A stretch of DNA of 43,044 nucleotides from Patescibacteria group bacterium (GTDB taxonomy: Bacteria; Bacteroidota; Ignavibacteria; Kapaibacteriales; DASPKH01), in assembly GCA_035628175.1 (NCBI GenBank), contig DASPKH010000206.1:1-43044 (forward strand). The letters run 5' to 3'. The position numbers and the translations under genes were made by a program. The number at the start of each line of letters is the position of its first letter. The first letter of the stretch is position 1. Below, in pieces: positions 42,862-43,044 of this stretch. The notes beneath the pieces are model-generated. The model did no database searches. It was not told the origin of the DNA and saw only the letters and a program-made list of their open reading frames with translations.

Positions 42862-43044
42862 AATGAACATATTCCGCCTCGTCAATCTCCGCCACATGGC
42901 TTCCGAACCCGGCAAATTTCTCCTCAGCGTGCTCGGGGTGGCACTTGGCGTGGCGGTCTTTACGGCGATTCGCATTGCAAATTTCACCGCGCTCAGCTCT
43001 TTTGAAGCGAGCATTGACGTTGTTTCAGGCAAAGCAAATCTGCA
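42862..43044 (+). CDS. FtsX-like ABC transporter permease (LolE/MacB-type), 5' partial
   Basis: The ATG at 42862 stays open to the window edge. MNIFRLVNLRHMASEPGKFLLSVLGVALGVAVFTAIRIANFTALSSFEASIDVVSGKANL matches the N-terminal TM1 plus start of the periplasmic domain of FtsX-family permeases. Confidence 0.6.

Noticed and set aside
1-43044. Classifying the AT-rich ORFs or the giant gene as a mobile element or genomic island
   Set aside because: No integrase, transposase, tRNA attachment site or terminal inverted repeats are visible. Compositional contrast alone does not define a mobile element, so these are reported only as compositional anomalies.

Overview
This is a 43-kb chromosomal segment, probably from an FCB-group bacterium (Bacteroidota/Ignavibacteriota/Chlorobiota-like). 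That placement is an inference from a T9SS C-terminal sorting domain, the scarcity of Shine-Dalgarno sequences and TAnnTTTG-type -7 boxes. I call about 40 protein genes and saw no rRNA, tRNA, CRISPR array, transposase or integrase. In order, the window holds: a 1876-aa T9SS-sorted beta-helix/CARDB surface protein; lnt plus an M16 peptidase pair; a Yip1-like membrane protein; a putative nucleotide-sugar cluster (GT-B-like enzyme, SpsF-like cytidylyltransferase, split transketolase, class-III aminotransferase) interrupted by two AT-rich secreted-protein ORFs; three tandem paralogs of a glycine-zipper secreted protein; DUF2459; a PNKP-like kinase; a YeeZ-like SDR; serS; a frameshifted Kv-like channel; two paralogous TPR proteins bracketing nhaA; a YfbM-like protein; ald; a module of secreted CARDB protein, 889-aa predicted outer-membrane protein and TPR-LuxR regulator; a metallophosphoesterase; a YtqB/MnmM-like methyltransferase; and the 5' end of an FtsX-like permease. 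The strongest signal is not a gene. The palindromic octamer TTTTAAAA occurs roughly 120 times by eye, against an expectation of order one. It lies inside CDSs on both strands, clusters in spacers and sits at the centre of terminator hairpins. It is completely absent from the first 6.3 kb (the giant T9SS gene) and from several AT-rich small ORFs. This HIP1/uptake-sequence-like behaviour of an AT-only palindrome is my main candidate for something undescribed. Other observations: a relic copy of a gene 3' end plus terminator flanking a paralog insertion, two homopolymer frameshifts, a long REP-like palindromic element, and strong compositional mosaicism. All family assignments come from reading motifs in the translations; no database search was possible.
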